Below are positions 1-9,770 of a stretch of 33,799 nt of DNA, piece by piece. The stretch's first letter is position 1; every line of letters starts with the position of its first letter. The translations under genes were made by a program, and so were the position numbers. Source of the DNA: Octopus bimaculoides (lineage: Eukaryota); the NCBI RefSeq assembly GCF_001194135.2, contig NC_068998.1:23433548-23467346 (forward strand), in the 5' to 3' direction. The notes beneath the pieces are model-generated. The model had not been told where the DNA came from and did not search any database. It was given only the letters and a program-made list of their open reading frames with translations.

Positions 1-465
1 ATATACAAGCACACGCAGACACACACACACACGAATATAATGAATAAACATATATTCCTATTTGAAAGTGAATTAGATTGTTTATAATCATCAGTGTACT
101 TATTATACAATGATCATTATCATCACTATAAAGCACAACACAAAGAAAGACAGCGACTCCATGTTATCATCAAATTCAACAACTAACACAATGTCTAACG
201 TTGCCTATCTCACATTTATGACTTGGAATCTTACGGCCAATTTCTCTGTATTGTTATCCTACCACCACCCTCATTGGCGGTGGAGTTACTCTCATCCCCA
301 GGAAAACCATCAAAAGTAGCTCTTGTTCTACCGACTTATAACTCACTTTAAAGTTTCTGATGCTGTAAGCAACAGGGTTTCTAACTGATTCTACGTTGCT
401 CTGCATTCACAATCAATAACATTTTCCTGACTATGTTCTCATTAATGCAAAGATAAAATATAATT

Positions 466-470
<5 letters not shown>

Positions 471-517
<47 letters not shown>

Positions 518-529
518 GTGTGTGTGTGT
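471..529. repeat. Compound (TA)n-(TG)n microsatellite
   Basis: Pure TA run to ~501 followed by TG run to 529. Confidence 0.95.
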
Positions 530-1672
530 TGTATGTACGCATGTTTATCTATTATGTATAAAAATGAATAAATGGGGAGTTTAGTTGGAATTGCTTGCAG
601 TGTATATTTTGTTAGTAATGTGTATTAGACCGAATCCGAGAAGTGGATAAATAAGCATAAACCTTTTGTAGTGTCAGACATGCTTTCGGTCAGTATTTAT
701 TAGTTCTGCATCATCGTTAGAAACTCCGTTATTCCTGTCACTGTTGCCAATCTTTTCTCTAATTTGTTTGCAAGTATAATTATCATTATCACCATAGTCG
801 TTGTTGTCGTCATCATCATCAATTTCATCTCCACCGTAAGTGTGTTTATCGCACGCATTGCTGTACTGGTTATCGAAATCTAAGAGGTAGCTGTTTTCAC
901 TATCGCTCTTGTCTGCATTAATTTCTCACATGCCAAACAACACCTCCACCTTAATAAATCATTCCCATTTAGCGATGTGTCTAAGAATTACTTTTTGAGT
1001 TAGTTTAAAATATAATGCCGATGATATCGTATCTTAACTCGTGCCTTGCAGATACAACGTCTGTCTATTTCAATCTCGATAATATCTGAACTTCCTACTC
1101 TTAACTATAACATAAATATTATCTATGGATGTGTGAAAGTTTGCGCGGTGTACCTTATATCAATTATGTCATTAAAATGCTAGTGTTTGATGCGTTTATT
1201 TTTTTATCAGGATGAATCTGCTCTTCAGAATTTTGCTTTTGTTATCTTGCAGCTAGAAGACAAACATTTAGCTAAGTAGATTTTCCAAAATCACAGTGAA
1301 AATATTAAAATCCTAATTATCTGAGTTTTATTTGATATAAAGTGAGACACGGGTGTCAATTAACACTGTATAATACGTTTTACCATAAAGATTAGAAAAA
1401 GACGTTGAGATTTCAGAATAAATATTGCAATACATGTTAAAAGGTGAGAACAGTATATAAATACCCGTCATTATAAAAATGGTTAATGATAAACACCCAG
1501 TACGAAAGATGTACAAAATAGTGATATGCCGTTTATATAGCTACATTTTTACATATGAGATGCGCCAGGCTTTAGCTAAACTTGATAGTTTATAAAAAAT
1601 ACTTCACTAAATTTACATACTCTTCAATGGCCGAAATATCGTGCAGTATAGGCGTTAAGTATTACTGTAAGA

Positions 1673-1866
1673 TATTCTTTTCTACTCTAAGAACAAGGTC
1701 CAAAATTGTGGGGAGGGGGTCAGTCGATTAGATCGACTCCAGCATGCAAATGAATTTATCCATCCCGAGAGGAAGAAACGAAAAGTCGATCCCGGCGGAA
1801 TTTGAACTCAGCACGTAAAGATAGACGAAATACCACTAAACATTTCCCCCGATGTGCTAAAGTTTC
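1673..1866 (-). mobile_element. tRNA-derived SINE, copy 1 of a four-copy chain
   Basis: Pol III B-box-like GAGTTCAAATTC on minus (1798-1809), head ...GACGAAATACCACTAAACATTTC, shared core GTCGATTAGATCGAC and tail TACTCTA.G.ACAAGG.CC; reverse complement aligns by eye to the 21523-21740 copy. Confidence 0.85.
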
Positions 1867-2094
1867 TTATTTCTTTACTGCCCACAATTGGCTACACACA
1901 GAGGGGACTGACAAGGACAGACAAACGGATTAAGTCGATTGTATCGACCCCAGTGCGTAACTGGTACTTATTTAATAGACCCCGAAAGGATGAAAGGAAA
2001 AGTCGACCTTGGCGGAATTTGCACTCAGCACGTAGCGGCAGACGAAATACCGCTAATCATTTCTGCCCGTGTGCTAACGTTTCTGCCATCATGC
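1867..2094 (-). mobile_element. tRNA-derived SINE, copy 2 (same head and core, different 3' tail)
   Basis: Core CGACCCCAGTGCGTAACTGGTACTTA...CCCCGAAAGGATGAAAGG.AAAGTCGAC and B-box-like segment at 2015-2026 match the other copies; tail TTCTTTACTGCCCAC...GGACAGACAAACGGATTAAGTCGAT differs from copies 1, 3 and 4. Confidence 0.88.
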
Positions 2095-2102
2095 GGTCTG
2101 AA

Positions 2103-2240
2103 ATATTCTTTACTACTCTAGGCACAATGCCCGAATTTTTTGGGGAGGGGGCTAGTCGATGAGATCGAACCCAGTACGTAATTTGAACACATAACGTAAA
2201 GACAGACGAAATACCGCTAAGCATTTCACCCAACTCACCG
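2103..2240 (-). mobile_element. tRNA-derived SINE, copy 3, internally deleted
   Basis: Tail TACTCTAGGCACAATGCCCGAATTTTTTGGGGAGGGGGCTAGTCGAT joins almost directly to AATTTGAACAC...GACAGACGAAATACCGCTAAGCATTTC; roughly 60 nt of core is missing. Confidence 0.85.
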
Positions 2241-2302
2241 ACTTATTACTCTAAAATATTTAAAATATTTATATTACTTAGTTATCGATGATAGAGATCA
2301 AA

Positions 2303-2577
2303 TTTTTAGATACTAGTCATATAAAGCACTGATTCTTCTCTACTCTAAGTACAAAGCCCAAATTCGACCTCAGTACCAGTATGTAACTGGTACTTAATTC
2401 ATCGACCCCGAAAGGGTGAAAAGCATAGTGACCTCGGTGGAATTTGAATTCAGAACGTAAAGACAGACGATATACCGCTAAACATTTCGCCGGGCGTGCT
2501 AAGTTTTCTGACATATCGCCACCTTAGTCCTCTAAAATATGAGGGATCAGGTTTTTAGATACTAGTCATATAAAGCA
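2303..2577 (+). repeat. 26-bp exact direct repeat flanking SINE copy 4
   Basis: TTTTTAGATACTAGTCATATAAAGCA at 2303-2328 and 2552-2577. Confidence 0.95.
2333..2523 (-). mobile_element. tRNA-derived SINE, copy 4
   Basis: GTAACTGGTACTTAATTCATCGACCCCGAAAGGGTGAAA core, B-box-like segment at 2440-2451 and head ACCGCTAAACATTTCGCCGGGCGTGCTAAG. Confidence 0.88.
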
Positions 2578-4519
2578 TATCATTTATTACCAACCATATC
2601 GTTTGTGATAAACACCAAGTGGCACGCAATAATAAGTGAAAAGTATCAAACTTATTTCATTTCTTATGCGGGAAAAAACTAACCAACTAGACAGAATTCT
2701 TAAAAATGATTTTTCCACAGAAGAGTAAAAAATACTACAAAATCCAAAAACATCTATGGCTGAGATCTGTTTAATGTCATGTATCGTTTGCATGACTGAC
2801 TTTCATATATATCATCACAATCCTAATATTCCTGTCTATGTGCATGTGTCTATATAGATATATACAAACATATACATATATGTATATACATAGGCATATA
2901 TACGTGTGTATGTGTATGTTTTTATGTTCACTTATAACAAAAACAATTTTACATTAATTTGAAGAGTTACTCCATTCATGAAAATAAAATATATTTTTTA
3001 ACTGATTCGTATATTTAAAAGTGTTAAAAATTGAAAAAAAAATTAAAATAATATTTTATAACATGGGGTTATAAAAGAGAATGTTTCCAACTTTTTTTTG
3101 CGTATAAATGCATATTTATTTCAGCGTATGTAAGTTTGGGAACATATATTACAAAACCATTAGAGTGTTTATTTTAGTTGAAAATTGGGTAAGTTCTAAA
3201 TAATTTCTAAGAGTTCGATAAGTGTAAATTTGTACAAATGTGTTTTCTCGATATGATCGGGATTGTTTATATTGAAAATGGAAGGAGAGAAGACGGTGAG
3301 ATATTTTTAGCCTTTATAACAGATACTGTTATTTTGAAATGCTTTAGTGGGCTTGACATTCTGTGCTTGCAAAAAGCGGCTAGCTCAAAGTTACGATTGA
3401 GAATAGTTCGTGAGTCTGTGGATATAGAAGGATTCATTATCATGAAGTCGGCTGTATAGATGTACGTGTGAAAGTATTTTACAATTGATGCTAAGTGAAG
3501 TGTTTCATTTTTTATACACTACACTCCATATTACTTTGGATAGTGATGTATCAATTTTTCGAGTTTGGGCTACGAATAGAGTTAGTGCGTATCGCATGCT
3601 GAACTGGTTTGCTGTAGATGCTATGCATATAGATATATTAATTAGTGTCGTGTTCGTGTTTACTATTCCGTTATTGGGGATATTGCATGAGAAATAATTT
3701 CTTTCAAGAAGGCACAATAAAAGCGTAGATCGCAGTTTTGCTGTGTGGCTCATGTCTTGAAGTTTAGAAAATTTATAGTGCTTGTAATTGGTTACAATTC
3801 TTCATAGTTGTAGTTGGTGGAATTTGTTTATCAAATTTCATTGGTTTTAACCGTGGATTTTGCTTCATTAATACCATTAACATGCACTTACTAATGAACA
3901 CTAATCTATTGAGTCCTCAGATTTATGTATAAAATTCATTTGCCGGATCAACTTCACTTCACTGAATATGTTATACTCACATAATTTCCTTATCATACTT
4001 AAGCGACAGAAATACATAATTAACTATAAATTCAAAGTAAACGGTGAAGAAATGAACAGAATTGAAAAGAACATGAAAAAAGGAAAAAAAGATAAATAAT
4101 CGATACACACATTGAAGATAAAAGAGTCATCTGACTCCAGAACCGTACGTCTATTTAGAGCCTGTACCGCCTTTATTCAGATTAATTGTGAACTACTAGC
4201 AATATTATCCATCAATATATGCCCTGCTCTTGGACGCACAGACGTAGACGTTTTACTAGATATTAAAGTGCCCTGTTTCTCCCGAGAAATGTCTATAATC
4301 TCTAGTAGTATATATAAATATATATGTATAAATATATGGGGAGGAGATGTGTGTATGTGAGTATGGGATGTTTGTCTCTGTGGGTCAATATATCCCTGCA
4401 AACTCACACACGCACACACACACATGCATATGCTTAATAACATAATAATATATAAATATATGCATATGTCCATACATATATGTACATACCTAGATCTATA
4501 TGTATTCATACATGCATAT

Positions 4520-4795
4520 ATGGGTAGAAGACATCACAAAAAACGTTAAACACAATAAGAAACGAAAACATAAAGACGAAGACAGAAAACGAACTTTTTT
4601 TCGAACAGAGAGACATGCAACATAAAGAATAGTTCCCTTCTTCAGTTGAACCTGTTCGATCTATTCCGCGTTTCGAAGGCAACGACAATACGCGACTTCG
4701 TTAGAACAGTCCTTCCCGCAAAGCAAATTAAATAAAATTCGGATTTTTTTGCGGAGGGTGAAAGTGTAAACAAGAACAGGACAGTGAACACAACA
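4520..4795 (-). mobile_element. Probable Penelope-like-element terminal-repeat fragment containing hammerhead core motifs
   Basis: A-rich block between microsatellite-like sequence. Minus strand carries CUGAAGA (4645-4639), GAAAC (4674-4670) and GUA (4691-4689). Family assignment is from recollection of similar octopus repeats. Confidence 0.4.
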
Positions 4796-4871
4796 TATAT
4801 ATACTTTAAATGTCACCTAAGGTTAGTAAAAATTTATTTAACCATATGAGAGACGTAAAATGTCCTATACT

Positions 4872-5823
4872 NNNNNNNNNNNNNNNNNNNNNNNNNNNNN
4901 NNNNNNNNNNNNNNNNNNNNNNNNNNNNNNNNNNNNNNNNNNNNNNNNNNNNNNNNNNNNNNNNNNNNNNNNNNNNNNNNNNNNNNNNNNNNNNNNNNNN
5001 NNNNNNNNNNNNNNNNNNNNNNNNNNNNNNNNNNNNNNNNNNNNNNNNNNNNNNNNNNNNNNNNNNNNNNNNNNNNNNNNNNNNNNNNNNNNNNNNNNNN
5101 NNNNNNNNNNNNNNNNNNNNNNNNNNNNNNNNNNNNNNNNNNNNNNNNNNNNNNNNNNNNNNNNNNNNNNNNNNNNNNNNNNNNNNNNNNNNNNNNNNNN
5201 NNNNNNNNNNNNNNNNNNNNNNNNNNNNNNNNNNNNNNNNNNNNNNNNNNNNNNNNNNNNNNNNNNNNNNNNNNNNNNNNNNNNNNNNNNNNNNNNNNNN
5301 NNNNNNNNNNNNNNNNNNNNNNNNNNNNNNNNNNNNNNNNNNNNNNNNNNNNNNNNNNNNNNNNNNNNNNNNNNNNNNNNNNNNNNNNNNNNNNNNNNNN
5401 NNNNNNNNNNNNNNNNNNNNNNNNNNNNNNNNNNNNNNNNNNNNNNNNNNNNNNNNNNNNNNNNNNNNNNNNNNNNNNNNNNNNNNNNNNNNNNNNNNNN
5501 NNNNNNNNNNNNNNNNNNNNNNNNNNNNNNNNNNNNNNNNNNNNNNNNNNNNNNNNNNNNNNNNNNNNNNNNNNNNNNNNNNNNNNNNNNNNNNNNNNNN
5601 NNNNNNNNNNNNNNNNNNNNNNNNNNNNNNNNNNNNNNNNNNNNNNNNNNNNNNNNNNNNNNNNNNNNNNNNNNNNNNNNNNNNNNNNNNNNNNNNNNNN
5701 NNNNNNNNNNNNNNNNNNNNNNNNNNNNNNNNNNNNNNNNNNNNNNNNNNNNNNNNNNNNNNNNNNNNNNNNNNNNNNNNNNNNNNNNNNNNNNNNNNNN
5801 NNNNNNNNNNNNNNNNNNNNNNN
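4872..5823. other. Assembly gap (N run)
   Basis: Ns; right flank is (TA)n/(TATG)n. Confidence 1.
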
Positions 5824-5824
5824 N

Positions 5825-5863
<39 letters not shown>

Positions 5864-5972
5864 CATGCATACATATCTACATCTGTATATATATATATAT
5901 ATATATACGTATGTATGTATGTATGTATGTATGTATGCATGTATGTGTGTGAGATATATATATATATATATG
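5824..5972. repeat. (TA)n/(TATG)n compound microsatellite
   Basis: Directly visible. Confidence 0.95.
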
Positions 5973-6487
5973 TGAGATATTAGTTTCACTTTAATAGTTT
6001 TAGTATTAATAGTGAAACTAATAAACTGAAATTATTTCACATTACAATAGAGAGAAGTTATTGTTTCACTTTTGACATGTAATAATGCAATAGCGTAAGA
6101 GATAAGAGATTGCTACTGGTTCCCATTAGGCAAGAGGTTGAAATATTTTGGCCAATCACACTGCATGGACCCGAAGTAAAGCATGTGTAGTTTGGTAGGT
6201 CTTGAGTTTTAGAGATTCACACAGACAGACTCAAAGACAGGCAGACACACACACGCACACACACTGAAAGATAGACACACATTCTCAGTTTTATGTATTA
6301 AGATATATATATGACAAATGAAAGACGGAAGATGGAATATACGAGAATTTATTTTTGTACCACCACAATAGTTTCTACATATCTGGCATCCATCCCGCAT
6401 GGGTGGGACATTCAACAACTAGTTCAGGTGCATCCGGCAGTGTAGATGTATCTCGTCAGGTTTATGTATATCCCTATAACTTAATAG

Positions 6488-6565
6488 TTTGACAAAATAA
6501 GACCGATAGAATATGTACCATGCTTATCAACATAAAAAAGCACTGGGGTCGATTCATTTGACAAA
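6488..6565 (+). mobile_element. Degenerate SINE fragment (same family as 9553-9770)
   Basis: GACCGATAGAATATGTACCATGCTT...CTGGGGTCGATTCATTTGAC resembles ACCGATAGAATAAGTATGAGGCTT...GTTGATTTGTTTGAC at 9646-9702. Confidence 0.65.
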
Positions 6566-6784
6566 ACTTCTTCAATATTTTTGTTTGCCCACTCAATTCT
6601 ATCTATCGATCTATCTTTCTGTGGATATGTATATATAATACACATGCACACACAAATACATACATACATATATGCAGGTATTTATATATGCATATATATA
6701 TATATATATATATATATCTGTTGTGTAAAATCAATGTCTTTGTGCGTGTATGTGTGTTACGGATAGACTCGAAAACTACTGGAC

Positions 6785-7560
6785 TGATCCTAATGAAATT
6801 TGGAACACAAAATCCAAGCCTAGTGTGAAGGTTAATTCCCTGTGTTCCATACAATTTTGAGGCGGCATAAATGTGGACAGAACCACCCGTGAAAATTCAT
6901 ATGCTTCAGACTGATTAAATCTGAACCATAGGTATTAAAAATAAATTTTAAAAATATACCCAAGATGATTCTAAGACCCCGTATTGGGGGCTTATCCTCC
7001 AAATCTTACTCATTCTTCATGGATCCTTATGATATTTGGAACTTAGATTCAATGCATAAGGACGGGTATAGTGCAGTATGTTTGGTTTGAATTTAAGGGG
7101 ACTTAAAGGGAGCAGAACCCCCATAAAAATACATAAATTTCCAATATTGATGAAATTTCAACCTTAAGTAATTGACACAAATGAAGAGGTATTCCGAAAT
7201 TTTCCGCTTCTCATGAGGATTCTAAAACCCCCTAATCGGGACCTTTAGTCGTCCTGTTTATGATCAAAAATAAGGTCACAAGTACTGAATGGATCTTTAT
7301 GAAATTTGAAAATTATATTCTATGCATAAGGACAGATGTAATGTAGTATATGTTTGAAATTGAAGGGGCATAAATGAGGTCATAATCTCCATAAACATTC
7401 ATATTTTTTTGCTGCTTATCAAATTTTAACTATAGATATTAGACACAAATGAAGTAACATTTCTAAAATTTCAAGGTCTTAGGAATTAGTAAGACTTAAT
7501 GGGAGCTTGACCCCCCAGAAATTAGGCATTTTTCCTAAGCCAAGACGAATGAAATTCTAG
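6785..7560 (+). repeat. Three diverged ~235-270-bp tandem units inside the Helitron-like element
   Basis: Unit starts GATC.T.ATGA.ATTTG.AA at 6786, 7022 and 7292; ATGCATAAGGAC at 7052 and 7322; GACACAAATGAAG at 7174 and 7442. Confidence 0.85.
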
Positions 7561-8194
7561 TCTTGGAAACTGTAGAGTCACCCAAGGATACAAGATGAGC
7601 GTTATTTGTATTTCAATGGTACATCAAGTAAGAGTTTGTTTTGAGATATACTTCGATTGTGATTTCTGGAATGTGGTGAATAAATTGTCAAGTGAGGAAG
7701 AGGCATCTTTACCTCCAATGATTCAGTTGCAAAGTGTTATTCTGAGTAAAGTTCTCTGGCTGCAGACCTCATTTGAATCTTTTTTATTATCACTGGGTCA
7801 GAGATAGTCTCTAGATGGTAACATTAATTTCAAAGCCTTTCGAGATACGTGATTCGTCATTCAAAGAGATTTATAGAGTGAAAATTTATTCTGATCAGTT
7901 ATCTGTCAGTATAGTGATCATTGGCACGCTTCAAAAGTGACACTTTCATTTCCCCTTGAGCCCTCAAGTCACACAGTTGTTAGCGTTTATCTGAGTTGGG
8001 ACACGCCCTTCCAATTGCTAGAAATCCGTAATGCATCTTACGGCTGTGCAGGTCACTTGTACGGTGAGGCTTCTACATTGGAGAGTGGTAACGACTAGGT
8101 TAGGGTAGCAGACTGCTTATTTTGATCACCCGTCTTTTGATTTCCTTTAGATTGGCTCTCTTTTATAAACACAGTGAACATTTATATATTTCCG

Positions 8195-8570
8195 ATTTCA
8201 AACAAATTTGAACAATAAGTATGACACAAGTTAAAGAAGATTCCCCTAAATTAACCTTCTCTGGTTGAATTTAAGACACCCCTCCCTTTAATAGGGGACT
8301 TAATTCCAACATTTTAGATCTCCATGTGCTCCATGTGCTCCAGTTTTCAGGGGCAAAAACATTTGCATAAGTTTTATAAGATTTGGATTTTGGAATCTGG
8401 ACATAAAGATGAACAGTATAGGATAAATAAGTCATGATTAGATATTTTGTTAGGGTGTGTAAAGAGTGAAAGAACCCTCATAAAAGTTCTTCATCTCCAG
8501 CTTTGATGAAATTTGAACCATAGATATTCCAGTTCATTAGAGAAAATATAAAAGAAAAGTCTAATTTTTC
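8195..8570 (+). repeat. Further subrepeat units resuming after the insert
   Basis: AGAACCCTCATAAAA (8471) versus AGAACCCCCATAAAA (7114); GATGAAATTTGAACCATAGATATT (8505) versus GATGAAATTTCAACCTTAAG (7149) and TAACTATAGATATT (~7427). Confidence 0.75.
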
Positions 8571-8629
8571 AATTCTATGTGACACGGGCAACGTCAGGCA
8601 TCTTTGTTAGTATATATATATATATATAT

Positions 8630-8811
8630 NNNNNNNNNNNNNNNNNNNNNNNNNNNNNNNNNNNNNNNNNNNNNNNNNNNNNNNNNNNNNNNNNNNNNNN
8701 NNNNNNNNNNNNNNNNNNNNNNNNNNNNNNNNNNNNNNNNNNNNNNNNNNNNNNNNNNNNNNNNNNNNNNNNNNNNNNNNNNNNNNNNNNNNNNNNNNNN
8801 NNNNNNNNNNN
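8630..8811. other. Assembly gap (N run) within (TA)n
   Basis: Ns flanked on both sides by TA repeats. Confidence 1.
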
Positions 8812-9512
8812 TATATATATTTATATATACACATATTTACATATACATGTAACTGACTTTGCGCTCCAAATAACCTGGTGTAGAACGCAATACACGAATA
8901 CTTATGAACGCAGTGTTAGTCGGGTACAGAACGGTAATAAGAAAAGTGACGCCGAAGAAATAACGGATTATTAAATGAACGTCATTAGCTTACATATATT
9001 TCCACTATCAGATGCATTAGATTCATCTTTGAAACTCATCATCACCTAACAGTTGCGTCGGAGCTCCCAACATGATGTGGAACTTGTTTGGTAAAACAAA
9101 AATATTTAAGCATACATACAGGATGGCATGTACCAATGAGACAGCAAGTGTGTGGGGTAGGAAAATCCAGGGGAACCTCCTACAATTAGGGTAATATTAA
9201 TTACAAGAAGGGCAGAATATGTATATGCAGATGTGCAAAGAGATTCGAGTGTAAAAAGCATATGCATACAACCACATATACGTATCGTCATACATATATA
9301 ATGAATTAAGATTTAAGAAACGAAAACATTCATATATATTTGTGTGCGTATGTGTATCAGTATAAAGCAACCTCTATGTATATAAACGTTGGTAAACTAA
9401 CTACCTATTAACCTTTCATCTAAATGCAAATTTGATAACTCCTCTTACAAAATAGCACATGAATAATAGTGAATAGATAATATCGAAAATGTTTCTGATC
9501 TCCCCTTTTTGT

Positions 9513-9552
<40 letters not shown>

Positions 9553-9557
<5 letters not shown>

Positions 9558-9770
9558 CTTTGTGCCTGAGTTTATTCCCTACTACTGTTTGACAACAAGT
9601 GTCGGTGCGCTTACGTACCCGTAACGTAGCCCTTGGCAAGAGGAACCGATAGAATAAGTATGAGGCTTTAAACAAATAAGGCATGTGGTTGATTTGTTTG
9701 ACTAAAACCCTTTCAGGTGGTACCCCCAGCATGACCATAACCTAATGACTTAAACAAGTAAAAGTTAAAA
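9553..9770 (+). mobile_element. SINE-like element of a second family, 5' abutting (TA)n
   Basis: TTTATTCCCTACTACTGTTTGACAAC...CCGTAACGTAGC...ACCGATAGAATAAGTA...CCAGCATGACC...AATGACTTAAACAAGTAAAAG with an A-rich tail; partial paralog at 6488-6565. Family recognised from recollection of octopus SINEs. Confidence 0.75.

Larger units (their letters stand above)
6717..8610 (+). mobile_element. Non-autonomous Helitron-like element with internal subrepeats
   Basis: Starts TC after an A (6716/6717), then a TG-rich tract and GAAAACTACTGGACTGATCCTAATGAAATTTGG. Ends GACACGGGCAACGTCAGGC (imperfect GC-rich hairpin) about 10 nt before TTAG, followed by T (8610/8611). Both flanks are (TA)n and there is no TSD. 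This fits the Helitron 5'-TC/3'-CTRR, A|T insertion rule with one mismatch (TTAG). Confidence 0.72.

Noticed and set aside
1673-2523. tRNA genes, or a CRISPR-like array suggested by recurring similar blocks
   Set aside because: The A/B-box-like motifs belong to SINE heads with no cloverleaf. The blocks are long diverged elements, not identical short repeats with unique spacers, and the context is eukaryotic.
2944-3235. Possible degenerate MITE (ACAATTTTACA versus TGTAAATTTGT ends)
   Set aside because: Only ~11 nt of imperfect AT-rich complementarity and no TSD.
3238-3753. Short ORFs in a relatively balanced-composition block
   Set aside because: No recognisable domain in any of six frames and frequent stops.
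4806-5989. Long track ORFs of 354-380 aa (likewise at 11711-12939, 27191-27548 and 27961-28727)
   Set aside because: They consist of X residues from N-gaps plus IY/HT/CV microsatellite translations; not coding.
8985-9020. Minus-strand CUGAUAG-UG-GAAA-UAUAUG-UA, hammerhead-like, in a possible PLE terminal-repeat fragment (8915-9015)
   Set aside because: The core is CUGAUAG rather than CUGANGA, stem II is absent and stem I does not pair; too decayed to claim.
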